This document shows positions 38,061-48,178 of a stretch of 64,000 bases of DNA, piece by piece. Both the position numbers and the translations under genes were made by a program. This stretch comes from Methanoculleus sp. GTDB taxonomy: Archaea; Halobacteriota; Methanomicrobia; Methanomicrobiales; Methanomicrobiaceae. Where the stretch lies: the NCBI GenBank assembly GCA_011048835.1, contig DSDF01000045.1, positions 3,565 through 67,564 of the forward strand, written 5' to 3'. Within the stretch, counting starts at the first letter, position 1, and every line of letters starts with the position of its first letter. The notes below the pieces were generated by a model. The model did no database searches. It worked only from the letters and a program-made list of their open reading frames with translations, and had not been told where the DNA came from.

Positions 38061-39800
38061 ATGTGCGGCATTGTCGGGTATATCGGGATCAGGGAGGCGG
38101 CGCCCGTCATTGTGGAGGGCTTGAAACGTCTCGAGTATCGCGGCTACGATTCGTTCGGCATCGCCACCCTCAACCGGACGCTGTCAACGATGAAGAAGTG
38201 CGGCCGGATCTCCGAAAACGAGCATTGTGCGGTCGATCTTTGCGGGAAGATCGGGATAGGCCACACCCGCTGGGCGACGCACGGGAAGCCCGATGATCTC
38301 AATGCGCACCCGCACACCGATTGCACGGGGAGCATCGCGGTGGTGCATAACGGCATCATCGAGAATTACGCGGAGCTCAAACGCGCATTGCGAGAACGGG
38401 GGCATGTATTCTCTTCTGAGACGGATACCGAAGTCATCGCCCATCTGATCGAGGAGCACTACGCGGGAGACCTGTTCGATGCAGTCAGGGCAGCTCTTGC
38501 GCACCTCGAGGGGTCGTACGCCGTCCTTGCCCTGGCGAAAGATGACCCCCGCATCATCGCCGCCCGCAATGCAAGCCCCCTCGTGATCGGGATCGGCGAT
38601 GGCGAGCTGCTGGCCGCCTCCGATGTGACGCCCCTCCTCGATCATACCCGGCAGGTCATCTTCCTCGAGGACGGGGACACCGCCACCATCACGCCCGGGC
38701 AGGTCACCATCTGGAACGGCAGTGGCCCTGTCGAGCGGCCCGTGAGCATGGTCGAATGGGACGTTGAGAGTGCCAAAAAGGGCGGGTTTGAGCATTTCAT
38801 GATAAAGGAGATCTATGAGCAGCCGGACGTCTTCTTCGATACCGCCTCATCGATCAAGGACGGCGAGATCATCGACGCCCTGCGGGAGTGCGGGGGCATG
38901 ACCCTCGTCTCCTGCGGCACCTCCTACCACGCGGCATTGATCTTTCGCTATCTCGCTGAAAAGATTTGTTCCATCCCCGTGCGGGTCGAACTCGCGTCCG
39001 AGTTCAAGTACTACGCCCCGCCTCTCCGGGGAATGGTCGTCGGCGTCACCCAGTCGGGGGAGACCGCGGACACCATCGCCGCCCTCAAAAAAGCGCGCCA
39101 GTTCAACTGCACGACCCTGGGGATCACCAATGTTCTGGACAGTTCGGTCACCCGCATCGCCGACCACACGATGTACACGCGTGCGGGCCCCGAGATCAGC
39201 GTTGCCGCAACGAAATCGTTTATCGCCCAGCTGGCAGTGTTCCTGCAGATTATCAATCTCCTGCAGGAAAACCGGTACGAAGAGGAGATGGCCATGGTCC
39301 ACCGGCAGATTGAGGACTGTCTCTTGCTCGATCTGGTCGAGGCGGTCGAGATATGCGGGCGGGCCGACCACGTTTTTTTCGTCGGCCGCGGGCCGTATTA
39401 CCCCGTCGCCCTCGAGGGCGCCCTGAAACTGAAGGAGATTTCCTATATCCACGCGGAGGGGTATGCTGCAGGAGAACTGAAACACGGCCCCTTTGCACTG
39501 CTCTCGGAGAAGACCCCGGTGATCGCGCTCTGCCTCCCCGGGGAGAGCTACGCGGTCATGCTCTCGAATATCAAGGAGATGAAGGCCCGGAGCGCCCCTA
39601 TTATCGCCATCGGCGTCGAAGGCGATCGTGAGCTCGGAGAGATCGTCGATATCCTGATCGGTTTGCCGAAATGTCGGCTCTTCGGGGGGATTTTGATGAG
39701 TTCGGTGGTGCTGCAGCTGCTCGCGTATCACACGGCAAGGATGCTGGGCCGCGATATCGACAAACCGAGGAATCTGGCAAAGAGCGTGACGGTGGAATGA
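38061..39800 (+). CDS. glmS: Glutamine--fructose-6-phosphate aminotransferase
   Basis: N-terminal MCGIVGY (Ntn Cys), two SIS domains, and a C-terminal KPRNLAKSVTVE. Confidence 0.95.
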   Translation: MCGIVGYIGIREAAPVIVEGLKRLEYRGYDSFGIATLNRTLSTMKKCGRISENEHCAVDLCGKIGIGHTRWATHGKPDDLNAHPHTDCTGSIAVVHNGIIENYAELKRALRERGHVFSSETDTEVIAHLIEEHYAGDLFDAVRAALAHLEGSYAVLALAKDDPRIIAARNASPLVIGIGDGELLAASDVTPLLDHTRQVIFLEDGDTATITPGQVTIWNGSGPVERPVSMVEWDVESAKKGGFEHFMIKEIYEQPDVFFDTASSIKDGEIIDALRECGGMTLVSCGTSYHAALIFRYLAEKICSIPVRVELASEFKYYAPPLRGMVVGVTQSGETADTIAALKKARQFNCTTLGITNVLDSSVTRIADHTMYTRAGPEISVAATKSFIAQLAVFLQIINLLQENRYEEEMAMVHRQIEDCLLLDLVEAVEICGRADHVFFVGRGPYYPVALEGALKLKEISYIHAEGYAAGELKHGPFALLSEKTPVIALCLPGESYAVMLSNIKEMKARSAPIIAIGVEGDRELGEIVDILIGLPKCRLFGGILMSSVVLQLLAYHTARMLGRDIDKPRNLAKSVTVE

Positions 39801-39902
39801 GGATTCTTTTTATCGCCACGCCCCCCATCTGTACCTGGAGAGCGGCAAACCCGGCATAATCGGCATAGGATCGGCCGGTCTACGAGAGAAAGAGGCAGCA
39901 AC

Positions 39903-41036
39903 ATGGTGTCCGGGTATGCAGTCATGATCGTCGGTTTCGTGTTTGCGGGGGTTGCGCTCATCCCGTATGCGGTCTTCCTTGCAGGCATCATGTTCGGGAA
40001 AAAATCCCAAACTACTGTTCTTCGCGAAGATTTGCCCCCGATCTGCATTATCATGGCAGCAAACAACGAAGCGGATGTGATCGCAGAACGCTTGAACAAC
40101 ATTCTCGCCTCGTCATATCCCCCGGATCGCTACGAGATTCTCGTGGTCGATGATTGCTCGTCTGATGCCACTGCCGCAATTGCACGCGGTGTGCTCGACC
40201 GGGCGGGTGTGCAGTACACGATCCTCGCGAATGAAAATCGTTCGGGAACCAACCGTTCGTACAACCGCGCCATGCGTTCGGCAGCTCACGAGATCATCGT
40301 CACGACCGATGCCAACAAATTTTTCGCACCCGACGCGCTCTCGCTCGTGGTATCCCGCCTGGTCTCGAATGACGAGATCGGCGCCGTCTGCGGCGACCAG
40401 AGGCCTCTGTGCGGAGGACAGGAAAACCGGGTGCGAGGAATGGAGGCGGAATACCGGAACATATACGGCAGGATGTGTGACTGGGAGAGTGTGATCGACT
40501 CGACGTACAATTTCAACGGCCCGCTGGTGGCATTCAGACGATCCGCCATCCCGTATATCGAAGAGCGGTGCGGCGCTGATGATGCGAACACTGCGTTCGC
40601 CGCGATCCGGAACGGGTATCGCGCCGTCTATGAAACTGGTGCGGTCGTGTACGAACGCGTCCCTGAAACATTTAAGTTCCAGTATCGCCAGAAAATCCGG
40701 CGGGCAACCCGGCTTATCGAGTCGACGCTGGCAAACTTCGATCTGCTCCGTGAAAAGCGTCCGTTTTCACGGTATTTCTATCCCCTGCGGATATTCATGT
40801 ATCTCGCCACACCGGTGCTGTTCTTTACCGGGGTTTTTCTCCTCTTTTTCGGCCTCTTTCTGGAACACCCGGTCTTCGGGGCGATTGCGTGTGTGATGGT
40901 AGCCGTCTCATTGGCACTGTTCAGGAAAAACCTTCTTTCGGCGTTTATACTCAATCAGGTATATCTCCTTGTCGGTCTGCTGCATGTCGGCAGGGACATG
41001 AGGGTATGGGAGAGCACCTCGATTCTGGGGAAATAG
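39903..41036 (+). CDS. Family 2 glycosyltransferase, membrane-anchored
   Basis: ICIIMAANNEADVI, VVDDCSSD, TDANKF (DxD-like), and flanking TM helices. Confidence 0.75.
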   Translation: MVSGYAVMIVGFVFAGVALIPYAVFLAGIMFGKKSQTTVLREDLPPICIIMAANNEADVIAERLNNILASSYPPDRYEILVVDDCSSDATAAIARGVLDRAGVQYTILANENRSGTNRSYNRAMRSAAHEIIVTTDANKFFAPDALSLVVSRLVSNDEIGAVCGDQRPLCGGQENRVRGMEAEYRNIYGRMCDWESVIDSTYNFNGPLVAFRRSAIPYIEERCGADDANTAFAAIRNGYRAVYETGAVVYERVPETFKFQYRQKIRRATRLIESTLANFDLLREKRPFSRYFYPLRIFMYLATPVLFFTGVFLLFFGLFLEHPVFGAIACVMVAVSLALFRKNLLSAFILNQVYLLVGLLHVGRDMRVWESTSILGK

Positions 41037-41127
41037 CGTATTTCTTTTGAAATAGTATCATTTTCCGATTTTGTATAGAATTACACAATTTATATGGTTG
41101 CACCACCATGTATTCTTGGGAGAATCA

Positions 41128-43578
41128 ATGCGTGCTATCAACGATCCAAAGGTGCGATATATTTTTATTGCAGCGTTAATCCTCATCTTTTCCTGTATTG
41201 CTCTCTGGGCCCGTCTCCTTCCCCAGGACACCATTGTAATGGAGAACTGGGTCAATCTGCTCGGCAATGATCCCTGGTACACTCTCCGGCAGCTCGAAGC
41301 GAGTCTTGCCCATTTCCCCGCCTATCCATGGTTCGATCCGATGACCGAATACCCGACCGGGAACACTATCCACTGGGGGCCGCTGTTTACTACCATCATC
41401 GGGGCCATCTGCCTCCTTTCCGGTGCAGTGGCGAGAGCGGACGTTATGTACATCGCCTCACTTGTGCCGCCCCTGATGGGCATGGCGATGGTTCCGCTGA
41501 TGTATTTTATCGGGAAGAAGGTCGCGGACTGGAAGACCGGCCTTCTCGCATCAGCGTTTATTGCGGTGGTCTCCGGACAGTATTTCTACCGCTCGCTCTT
41601 CGGGTTTGTCGATCACCATATCGCAGAGACGCTGTTTAGCACGCTGTTTGCCCTCGCCTACATCGTCGCCATCACCTTTACGCGTCACAACCCCCCGGAT
41701 TTCAAAAACACCGCAACTCTGACAAAACCGGCAGTCCTGTCGGTACTTGCCGGGATTGCATATCTCCTCGGGCTGTTCGTGATGCCGACGATGATCCTGT
41801 TCGCCCTGATCGTAGCGGTATTCACCGTGGTCCAGTTCGTCGTCGATTTCTACCGGTCGCGCTCCAGCACCGATCTCCTGTTCATCAATGCAATTGTCTT
41901 TGCCGTGGCAATCATCGGCCTGCTGGCATTCGGGCTCAAGCATGGGGGGCTTTCCCTTTCCCGTTACTCCATGGGGCATGTCTATGCCTATCTTGCGGTG
42001 ATCGCAGGCACCGGCGCACTCTATGCGGTTTCGCATGTTCTGAAGGATAAACCGAAACACTACTATCCGCTCGCCCTCGCCGGCGGCGCCATTGCAGGAT
42101 CGCTCGTGCTGTACCTGGCATCGGGGGCGCTTTTCGATGTGCTTATCGGCAACTTCTACTCGTTCTTCGGCGAGAAGGCGACCACGCTGACCATCCAGGA
42201 AGCGCGCCCCTGGGACTTCGAATCGGCCTGGACGACCTTCCACTACGGTCTCCTCCTCATGGCCGGGGGCGCCGGAGTGCTCGTGTACCGCAACTGGCGG
42301 GAAGAGCATCCGCACCAGGTCTTCGTGCTCATCTGGTCGGCAATCATCCTCTTCTCGACCATGCGCCACGTGCGCTACGAGTATTACCTGGCAGCCAATG
42401 TCGCCCTGCTGGCGGCAATTTTTGTCGGTTTTGCCCTCGATGCGGGCTCCCCTGCGCTGATGGGGCTGCTCGCCGGGAAGAAAAAGGAAGAGCCCGTGGT
42501 TGAAAAGAAGGGGAAAAAAGGAAAAACGAAGCGCAAACAGGAGGAACAGAAGGGTGCCATCGCACCCCGCTCCTCGTCCGCACCCGCGGTTCTCCTCATC
42601 GCAGGCATAGTCCTCTCCCTCCTCTTTGCGGGCTCGTCCCTGTCTGCGGACCTCGAGCTCGGCAGCGGCATCGGCGGAGGAATGGAACGCGACTGGAGGG
42701 AGGCACTCGAGTGGATGGGAGAGAATACGCCGGATACCGGCGTGGACTACTATGCCATCTATGACCGGGAGACCTTCGAGTATCCCGAGGAGTCCTACGG
42801 TGTCATGTCCTGGTGGGACTACGGTCACTGGATCACCTTCGTGGCAAAGCGCATTCCCAACGCCAACCCATTCCAGCACGGCGTTGCCGGCCCGAACGGG
42901 GCTGCGGCATTCTTTGTCCAGCAGTCGGAAGAGGCCTCCTCGGCCATCCTGGATACACTGGGTACCCGCTATGTGGTCACCGATATCATGATGGACACCT
43001 CTAAGTTCTGGGCGATGGCTACCTGGTATGATGAGGAGAAGGGTTCTTCGGGCTATGAGTTTCGGGTGGCAAACCAGCAGGGACAGACCATATCACTCTA
43101 CACGAACGAGTATTTCCAGACGATGATCGCGCGGCTGCATAATTTCGACGGCTCGATGGTCGAGGGAGGCGCCGGCTTTCCGGAGGCGCTCGGCGAGTAC
43201 AGGGGCGTCGGGGTGAGCCAGCTGCCGGTCGTGCCGGTCGAGGACGTACCCGCGCTGCGGCATTACCGCCTGATCCACGAATCGCCGACCAACGTCTTCA
43301 ATACCGATCAGATCGATTTGAAGTACGTCAAGGTCTTCGAGTACGTGCCGGGGGCGGTCATCAACGGAGAGGGGACCATCGAGGTTACCATGGTGAGCAA
43401 TACGGGACGTGAATTCGTCTACCGGCAGGAGAGCATTGACGGCCGGTTCATCGTTCCCTATTCCACGCAGGACAATCCCTATGATGTGCGGGCGACGGGC
43501 CCCTACCGCATCATCGCAACCGGTGAGATGATCGGGGTTTCGGAAGATGCAGTGGTGAACGGAATGTCTGTCACCTGA
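41128..43578 (+). CDS. aglB: Archaeal oligosaccharyltransferase AglB (STT3 family)
   Basis: A multi-TM N-terminal half and the WWDYG motif (MSWWDYGHW, 42811-42825). The start is at the ATG at 41128 after an AT-rich promoter region. Confidence 0.9.
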   Translation: MRAINDPKVRYIFIAALILIFSCIALWARLLPQDTIVMENWVNLLGNDPWYTLRQLEASLAHFPAYPWFDPMTEYPTGNTIHWGPLFTTIIGAICLLSGAVARADVMYIASLVPPLMGMAMVPLMYFIGKKVADWKTGLLASAFIAVVSGQYFYRSLFGFVDHHIAETLFSTLFALAYIVAITFTRHNPPDFKNTATLTKPAVLSVLAGIAYLLGLFVMPTMILFALIVAVFTVVQFVVDFYRSRSSTDLLFINAIVFAVAIIGLLAFGLKHGGLSLSRYSMGHVYAYLAVIAGTGALYAVSHVLKDKPKHYYPLALAGGAIAGSLVLYLASGALFDVLIGNFYSFFGEKATTLTIQEARPWDFESAWTTFHYGLLLMAGGAGVLVYRNWREEHPHQVFVLIWSAIILFSTMRHVRYEYYLAANVALLAAIFVGFALDAGSPALMGLLAGKKKEEPVVEKKGKKGKTKRKQEEQKGAIAPRSSSAPAVLLIAGIVLSLLFAGSSLSADLELGSGIGGGMERDWREALEWMGENTPDTGVDYYAIYDRETFEYPEESYGVMSWWDYGHWITFVAKRIPNANPFQHGVAGPNGAAAFFVQQSEEASSAILDTLGTRYVVTDIMMDTSKFWAMATWYDEEKGSSGYEFRVANQQGQTISLYTNEYFQTMIARLHNFDGSMVEGGAGFPEALGEYRGVGVSQLPVVPVEDVPALRHYRLIHESPTNVFNTDQIDLKYVKVFEYVPGAVINGEGTIEVTMVSNTGREFVYRQESIDGRFIVPYSTQDNPYDVRATGPYRIIATGEMIGVSEDAVVNGMSVT

Positions 43579-43583
43579 GGTCC

Positions 43584-44555
43584 ATGGCCTGTTCTGTGAT
43601 TACCGGCGATGTGTTCGCCTCCCACGATCTGCCGTCGCACGCGGAATGCGGTGAACGCCTGCGTTCGGCGCTCAGCGGGGTGCCCGAGGGATTGAAGGTC
43701 CTCCCGCCGGTCAGGGCGACGATCGAGGACCTGGAGCGGGTGCACCATCCCCAGCATGTGCGCCTCCTGCGCGAGCTCTCCAGGGGCGTCCGGTTTATCG
43801 ATCCCAGCACCTATGTCACTCCGGCGTCATTCGATGTCGCGCTGTATGCGGCGGGATCCGCAATACGCGCCCTCGAGCGCGCCCTTGATGGAGAGCGGTG
43901 CTTTGCCATGGTCCGCCCGCCGGGCCATCATGCGGAACCCGACCGTGCGATGGGGTTCTGTCTCTTCAATAACGTCGGGGTCGCGGTCGCTCGCGTTCTT
44001 GCCCAGAAAACCGTCGACCGCGTCGCCATCATCGACTGGGATCTCCACCACGGAAACGGCACCCAGAAGATATTCTACCGCGATGATCGTGTGCTCTTCT
44101 GTTCGATTCATGAGTGCGGGGCATTTCCGCGCACCGGGTGGATCGATGAGGTGGGGAGCGGGTCGGGAAAAGGGTATACCCTCAACGCCCCCCTGCGGGC
44201 AGGGGCGGGGATCGACGACTACGCCCTGATCTTTGAGGATATATTCTTTCCTGCAATTGAGCGCTTCGCCCCTGATATCATCGTTGTTTCCGCTGGGCAG
44301 GACTCTCTCTCGGACGATCTGCGGGGAAATATGGATCTCAAGCCCGAGGATTACGGGGTTCTCACCAGTATCGTCAAGGAGATTACCGGGGGCCCGCTCG
44401 CCCTCGTCCTCGAGGGAGGGTACGGCCCATCCCACGGGGACGCCATCCGCCACATCTTCGAATCGCTCCGGAATAGATCCTACGAGTATACCTGCGAGAA
44501 CGCGCGCCCGAGCAGCCACCGCCTCGCGGGTACGCTCAAAAAACTTCTCCTGTGA
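43584..44555 (+). CDS. Histone-deacetylase-family (class II HDAC/acetylpolyamine amidohydrolase-like) Zn hydrolase
   Basis: RPPGHHA, DWDLHHGNGTQ and EGGY motifs. It starts 5 nt after the aglB stop. Confidence 0.8.
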   Translation: MACSVITGDVFASHDLPSHAECGERLRSALSGVPEGLKVLPPVRATIEDLERVHHPQHVRLLRELSRGVRFIDPSTYVTPASFDVALYAAGSAIRALERALDGERCFAMVRPPGHHAEPDRAMGFCLFNNVGVAVARVLAQKTVDRVAIIDWDLHHGNGTQKIFYRDDRVLFCSIHECGAFPRTGWIDEVGSGSGKGYTLNAPLRAGAGIDDYALIFEDIFFPAIERFAPDIIVVSAGQDSLSDDLRGNMDLKPEDYGVLTSIVKEITGGPLALVLEGGYGPSHGDAIRHIFESLRNRSYEYTCENARPSSHRLAGTLKKLLL

Positions 44556-44567
44556 TCCTCGGAAGCA

Positions 44568-45752
44568 CTATGCTTCTTTGCGGCGCGTGCGCGTACTGTC
44601 CATATAGGACACCTCGAAGTCCGGGATGATGACCCTGACCACCGGCACCACCGTCCGGGTGAGATCGCAGACGAGCACCCGTTCGCTGTACGGTTCGATC
44701 TCCTGCAGGCAGACGGCGATATCCTCATCGATGTACGCCGTGCTCAGGTCGGGCACCTCTCCGATGCAGATCTCTTCGGCATCGGCAAACCACATCTTGT
44801 TCAGGCGTTTCAGGCGCTCATATCCTGCCTTCTGCAGGAAATTTTCCCTGACCTGCTCGTTTCGCCCTCCCTGGAGGTAACTGCCCCTGCTCTGCGCCAC
44901 TTCCGTAAGGGCGCGGAGTGCTGCGATCTCCGGGCTCGTATGGGTTCCTGATCCGATGACCAGCATCGCCGGATCCCGCGTCACCGTATCGTCTGCAGCG
45001 GCTGCAACGGTGGGAAGGCGTGTTTTTCCGTCCAGGATCCAGAGGTGGATGTCGATCCCGTGGTCCTCGAACATCTGCATCATCTCCCGTGCTGGGCCGT
45101 CCTTTTTCAGGAGAAGCCTGCGGCCGAGGTTGCGATCCCGCTCTGCCGTGGAGAGCGCGTCCCGCTCGACCACTTCGAGCACGGCGTGCAGGATGGCCTC
45201 CTCGATCACATTACCGCTTGCCAGACCGTTGGTGTCGCTGCGAAACAGCGGCTGGACCATCCCCATGGAATCGTAGGGATGAAACACCGCGTTGCTGGGG
45301 ACATGGATCGGTTCATCGTTTATAATATCCCACGAGGGCGTCCAGTGCAGTTTCTCGCCGACCTCCAGCGACCTCGGCAGGATAAGGTCATGGGGATCGA
45401 GTGCCCGCCTGATGCCCAGCTCTTCATAGCTGGTGATTTCCATGTGGTCTCCCCGGTACTCCGCACTGAACCGTTCAACCGCCTCCATCATGGCCGAGAT
45501 TTCTGCCAGAATCGGTTCTTTCCCCTTCCCCGCATGGAATGCGGTGGCGCCCAGGGCGGCCCGGGGGCGGATGGCGCAGAACACCGGCAGGCCCAGCCGG
45601 TCAAGGTGGGTGACATCGATGACCTCCTGCACACCTATCTGCCCCATGAGCGGTTTTACTGTTGCATAGGTCTCTTCCGGGGACTGCACGCGGTGAGTGC
45701 CGTCGAAAAACCGTTTCCTGATATGGCGTAAGGCGATCGGATCCATTTTCAT
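44568..45752 (-). CDS. ycaO: YcaO-domain protein (methanogenesis marker protein 1 type)
   Basis: FDGTHRVQSPEETYATVKPLMGQIGV...DRLGLPVFCAIRP...KGKEPILAEISAMMEAVERF is a typical YcaO N-terminal region. 394 aa. Confidence 0.85.
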   Translation of the reverse strand: MKMDPIALRHIRKRFFDGTHRVQSPEETYATVKPLMGQIGVQEVIDVTHLDRLGLPVFCAIRPRAALGATAFHAGKGKEPILAEISAMMEAVERFSAEYRGDHMEITSYEELGIRRALDPHDLILPRSLEVGEKLHWTPSWDIINDEPIHVPSNAVFHPYDSMGMVQPLFRSDTNGLASGNVIEEAILHAVLEVVERDALSTAERDRNLGRRLLLKKDGPAREMMQMFEDHGIDIHLWILDGKTRLPTVAAAADDTVTRDPAMLVIGSGTHTSPEIAALRALTEVAQSRGSYLQGGRNEQVRENFLQKAGYERLKRLNKMWFADAEEICIGEVPDLSTAYIDEDIAVCLQEIEPYSERVLVCDLTRTVVPVVRVIIPDFEVSYMDSTRTRRKEA

Positions 45753-45908
45753 GATCTTAGAACCGCATGGTTTTCAATATTTCCTCGCAAACCGCACTAC
45801 CGGCATCTCCGCCATCGATGAATATCGCGCCCTCTCCTGCCATGAGCGGAGACGAAATGAGATAATGGATGGCGGACCGCTCCGGCCCCCCTTCCGACCG
45901 GGGCGATC

Positions 45909-46331
45909 TTACTCGCCGACGGGAATCGTCGTCAGTTTCACCGACTCGACGCCCTTCTGCGACATCAGCCGTTCTGCGATATTCTTGAGTTCCTTGCCGT
46001 CCCCCCTGAGGAGGATGACTTCCAGGCATTTCTGATGGGTGACGTGGGAATGCAGGGATGCCTGAATGGTATCCATGTATTCGTGCTGCACTTCGGTCAG
46101 CGACTGGAGGAGGCCACGCTGCTCATGGTCATATACCATGGTGATCACTCCCTGCCGCTCCCCTCTCACATCCGACATCCACTGGTAATAGGTAATGTAA
46201 TTCCTGATGGCATCGCGGATCCCCTCTGATCGTGAGGAGTAGCCGCGATAATGAAGAATCTCATCAAATTTGTCCAGCAAATTCTTGGGGAGGGAAATTC
46301 CGATCCTCGAGAGGTCTGTTTCCGTATTCAT
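45909..46331 (-). CDS. nikR: Nickel-responsive regulator NikR (ribbon-helix-helix + ACT-like metal-binding domain)
   Basis: RIGISLPKNLLDKFDEIL...YSSRSEGIRDAIRNYI (RHH), with a His/Cys-containing C-terminal domain (HEYMDTIQASLHSHVTHQKCLEV). Confidence 0.85.
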   Translation of the reverse strand: MNTETDLSRIGISLPKNLLDKFDEILHYRGYSSRSEGIRDAIRNYITYYQWMSDVRGERQGVITMVYDHEQRGLLQSLTEVQHEYMDTIQASLHSHVTHQKCLEVILLRGDGKELKNIAERLMSQKGVESVKLTTIPVGE

Positions 46332-46558
46332 GAGATCACCGCACACACCGTAGGAGAAACTGGTCTACGAATTCAATATAATATTATAAACCTTACTTAA
46401 AATATATGCTTTTAGTTGCAATATTTGGCATAGTTTTTCATAAGCGGCGGACGGCCGTCCACCTCGTCCGGTCACGGAAAAAGGGGGATCCGCCATCCCG
46501 TTTCACCGCGCATGTATAAGTAGTGCGATCATATAATGATAAGGAGGTTCGGTCAACA

Positions 46559-47791
46559 GTGCGAGATGTGGATATACCCAGTGTCAATATTGGATTGGTC
46601 GGGCATGTCGATCACGGGAAAACAACCCTTGTGAGCGGCCTTACCGGGGTCTGGACCGATCGGCACAGCGAGGAAGTAAAGAGGGGGATCTCGATCCGGC
46701 TCGGGTATGCCGATGCGACGTTCTACCGGTGTCCGGCGTGCGAAGGATCCGATGCATACTCGACTTTCCCCACATGTCCGCATTGCGACGGCAGGGGAGA
46801 GCCTTTCAGGACGGTATCGTTTGTCGATGCACCGGGGCACGAAACACTCATGGCGACCATGCTCAGCGGATCGGCGATCATGGACGGCGCAATGCTCGTC
46901 ATTGCGGCCAACGAACCCTGCCCCCAGCCCCAGACCAAAGAGCACCTGATGGCGCTGGAACTTGTGGGGATAGAGAGGATCGTGATCGTCCAGAATAAGA
47001 TCGATGTGGTCTCCCAGGCTGACGCGATCGACCACTATCACCAGATAAAAAAGTTCGTCAGGGGAACCATTGCGGAAAAAGCCCCCATTATTCCCGTTTC
47101 GGCACAGAAAGGCATCAATATTGGGGCGCTCATCGAGGCCCTCGACGAGTATATTCCCGAACCGGACCACGAGCCTGAGGCACCGCCCCATATGCTCATC
47201 GCACGTTCGTTCGACATCAATAAGCCCGGGATCAGCTGGCGCGAGGTGATGGGCGGCGTGATTGGCGGCTCGCTGACCCAGGGAATGGTGAGAGAAGGAG
47301 ACGATATTGAAATCCGTCCGGGCAGGCAGACACAGGTCGAAAACCGGGTGATCTGGGAGCCGATAACCACGAAGGTCACCTCCGTTAATACCGGTGCGAA
47401 GAAGGTGGCTGAAGCAACGCCTGGCGGCCTGATCGCACTGGGAACCAAACTCGACCCCGCCCTCACCAAGAGCGATGCGCTTGCAGGTCAGGTGGCGGGG
47501 CATGTCGATAAGCTCCCACCGGTCTGGGACCGGCTGTCATTCAAAGTCACGCTGATGGAGCGGGTCGTGGGCTCCGATGACGAACTCAATATCGAGCCTC
47601 TCCGCCACAAGGAGCCGCTCATGCTCTCGGTGGGTACGGCGGTCACGGTGGGCGTGGTGGTCAATGCCAAGAAAGATGTGGTCGATGTCGTGCTCAAACG
47701 GCCTGTCTGTGCGGCGGTCGGGACCCGGATTGCCATCAGCCGTCAGGTGGGCGGACGATGGCGCCTGATCGGCATGGGAACACTGATGTGA
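46559..47791 (+). CDS. eif2g: Translation initiation factor aIF2 gamma subunit
   Basis: [20 protein letters not shown], and a zinc knuckle CPACEG...CPHCDG. The GTG start at 46559 is preceded by AAGGAGG; the track ORF starts at GTG 46523. Confidence 0.9.
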   Translation: MRDVDIPSVNIGLVGHVDHGKTTLVSGLTGVWTDRHSEEVKRGISIRLGYADATFYRCPACEGSDAYSTFPTCPHCDGRGEPFRTVSFVDAPGHETLMATMLSGSAIMDGAMLVIAANEPCPQPQTKEHLMALELVGIERIVIVQNKIDVVSQADAIDHYHQIKKFVRGTIAEKAPIIPVSAQKGINIGALIEALDEYIPEPDHEPEAPPHMLIARSFDINKPGISWREVMGGVIGGSLTQGMVREGDDIEIRPGRQTQVENRVIWEPITTKVTSVNTGAKKVAEATPGGLIALGTKLDPALTKSDALAGQVAGHVDKLPPVWDRLSFKVTLMERVVGSDDELNIEPLRHKEPLMLSVGTAVTVGVVVNAKKDVVDVVLKRPVCAAVGTRIAISRQVGGRWRLIGMGTLM

Positions 47792-48171
47792 CCCTCGTCC
47801 TGCTGGACGCGAACGCGTTGATGATGCCGGGACAGTTCGGCATCGATCTCTTCGGGCAGATCGGTGAGCTCGTGGGGTCCTTCGAGCCCCTCGTCCTTGA
47901 AGAGGCGAAGGGAGAGCTCATGGGCTTATCCCGGGGATGCGGACGGCATGCGGCCGCAGCCCGCATGGGGCTGATCCTTGCGGAGAGGTGCACGACCATT
48001 CCCGCATCGCCCCGTGGCGGTCCGGTGGATGCGAAAATCGCCCGCTTCGCCGAAGCGCACCGGTGCATGGTGGCCACCAACGACCGGGAGCTGCGGCAGC
48101 ATCTCCTCAGCCGCGGAATAGATGTAATATTCATAAGAAAGCAGAAAACATTAGAACTGATTCGGAGTTAG
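47788..48171 (+). CDS. PIN-domain protein (Fcf1/Utp24-like, conserved neighbour of aIF2gamma)
   Basis: [12 protein letters not shown]...[13 protein letters not shown] (acidic PIN residues). The GTG start overlaps the aIF2gamma stop (GTGA). Confidence 0.65.
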   Translation: MTLVLLDANALMMPGQFGIDLFGQIGELVGSFEPLVLEEAKGELMGLSRGCGRHAAAARMGLILAERCTTIPASPRGGPVDAKIARFAEAHRCMVATNDRELRQHLLSRGIDVIFIRKQKTLELIRS

Positions 48172-48178
48172 CGATCGT

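Noticed and set aside
46377-46388. The perfect palindrome TATAATATTATA between nikR and aIF2gamma, considered as a NikR operator
   Set aside because: It is pure A/T and sits in a divergent promoter region, so overlapping TATA boxes explain it more simply. It has no resemblance to the GTATGA-type half sites known for NikR.
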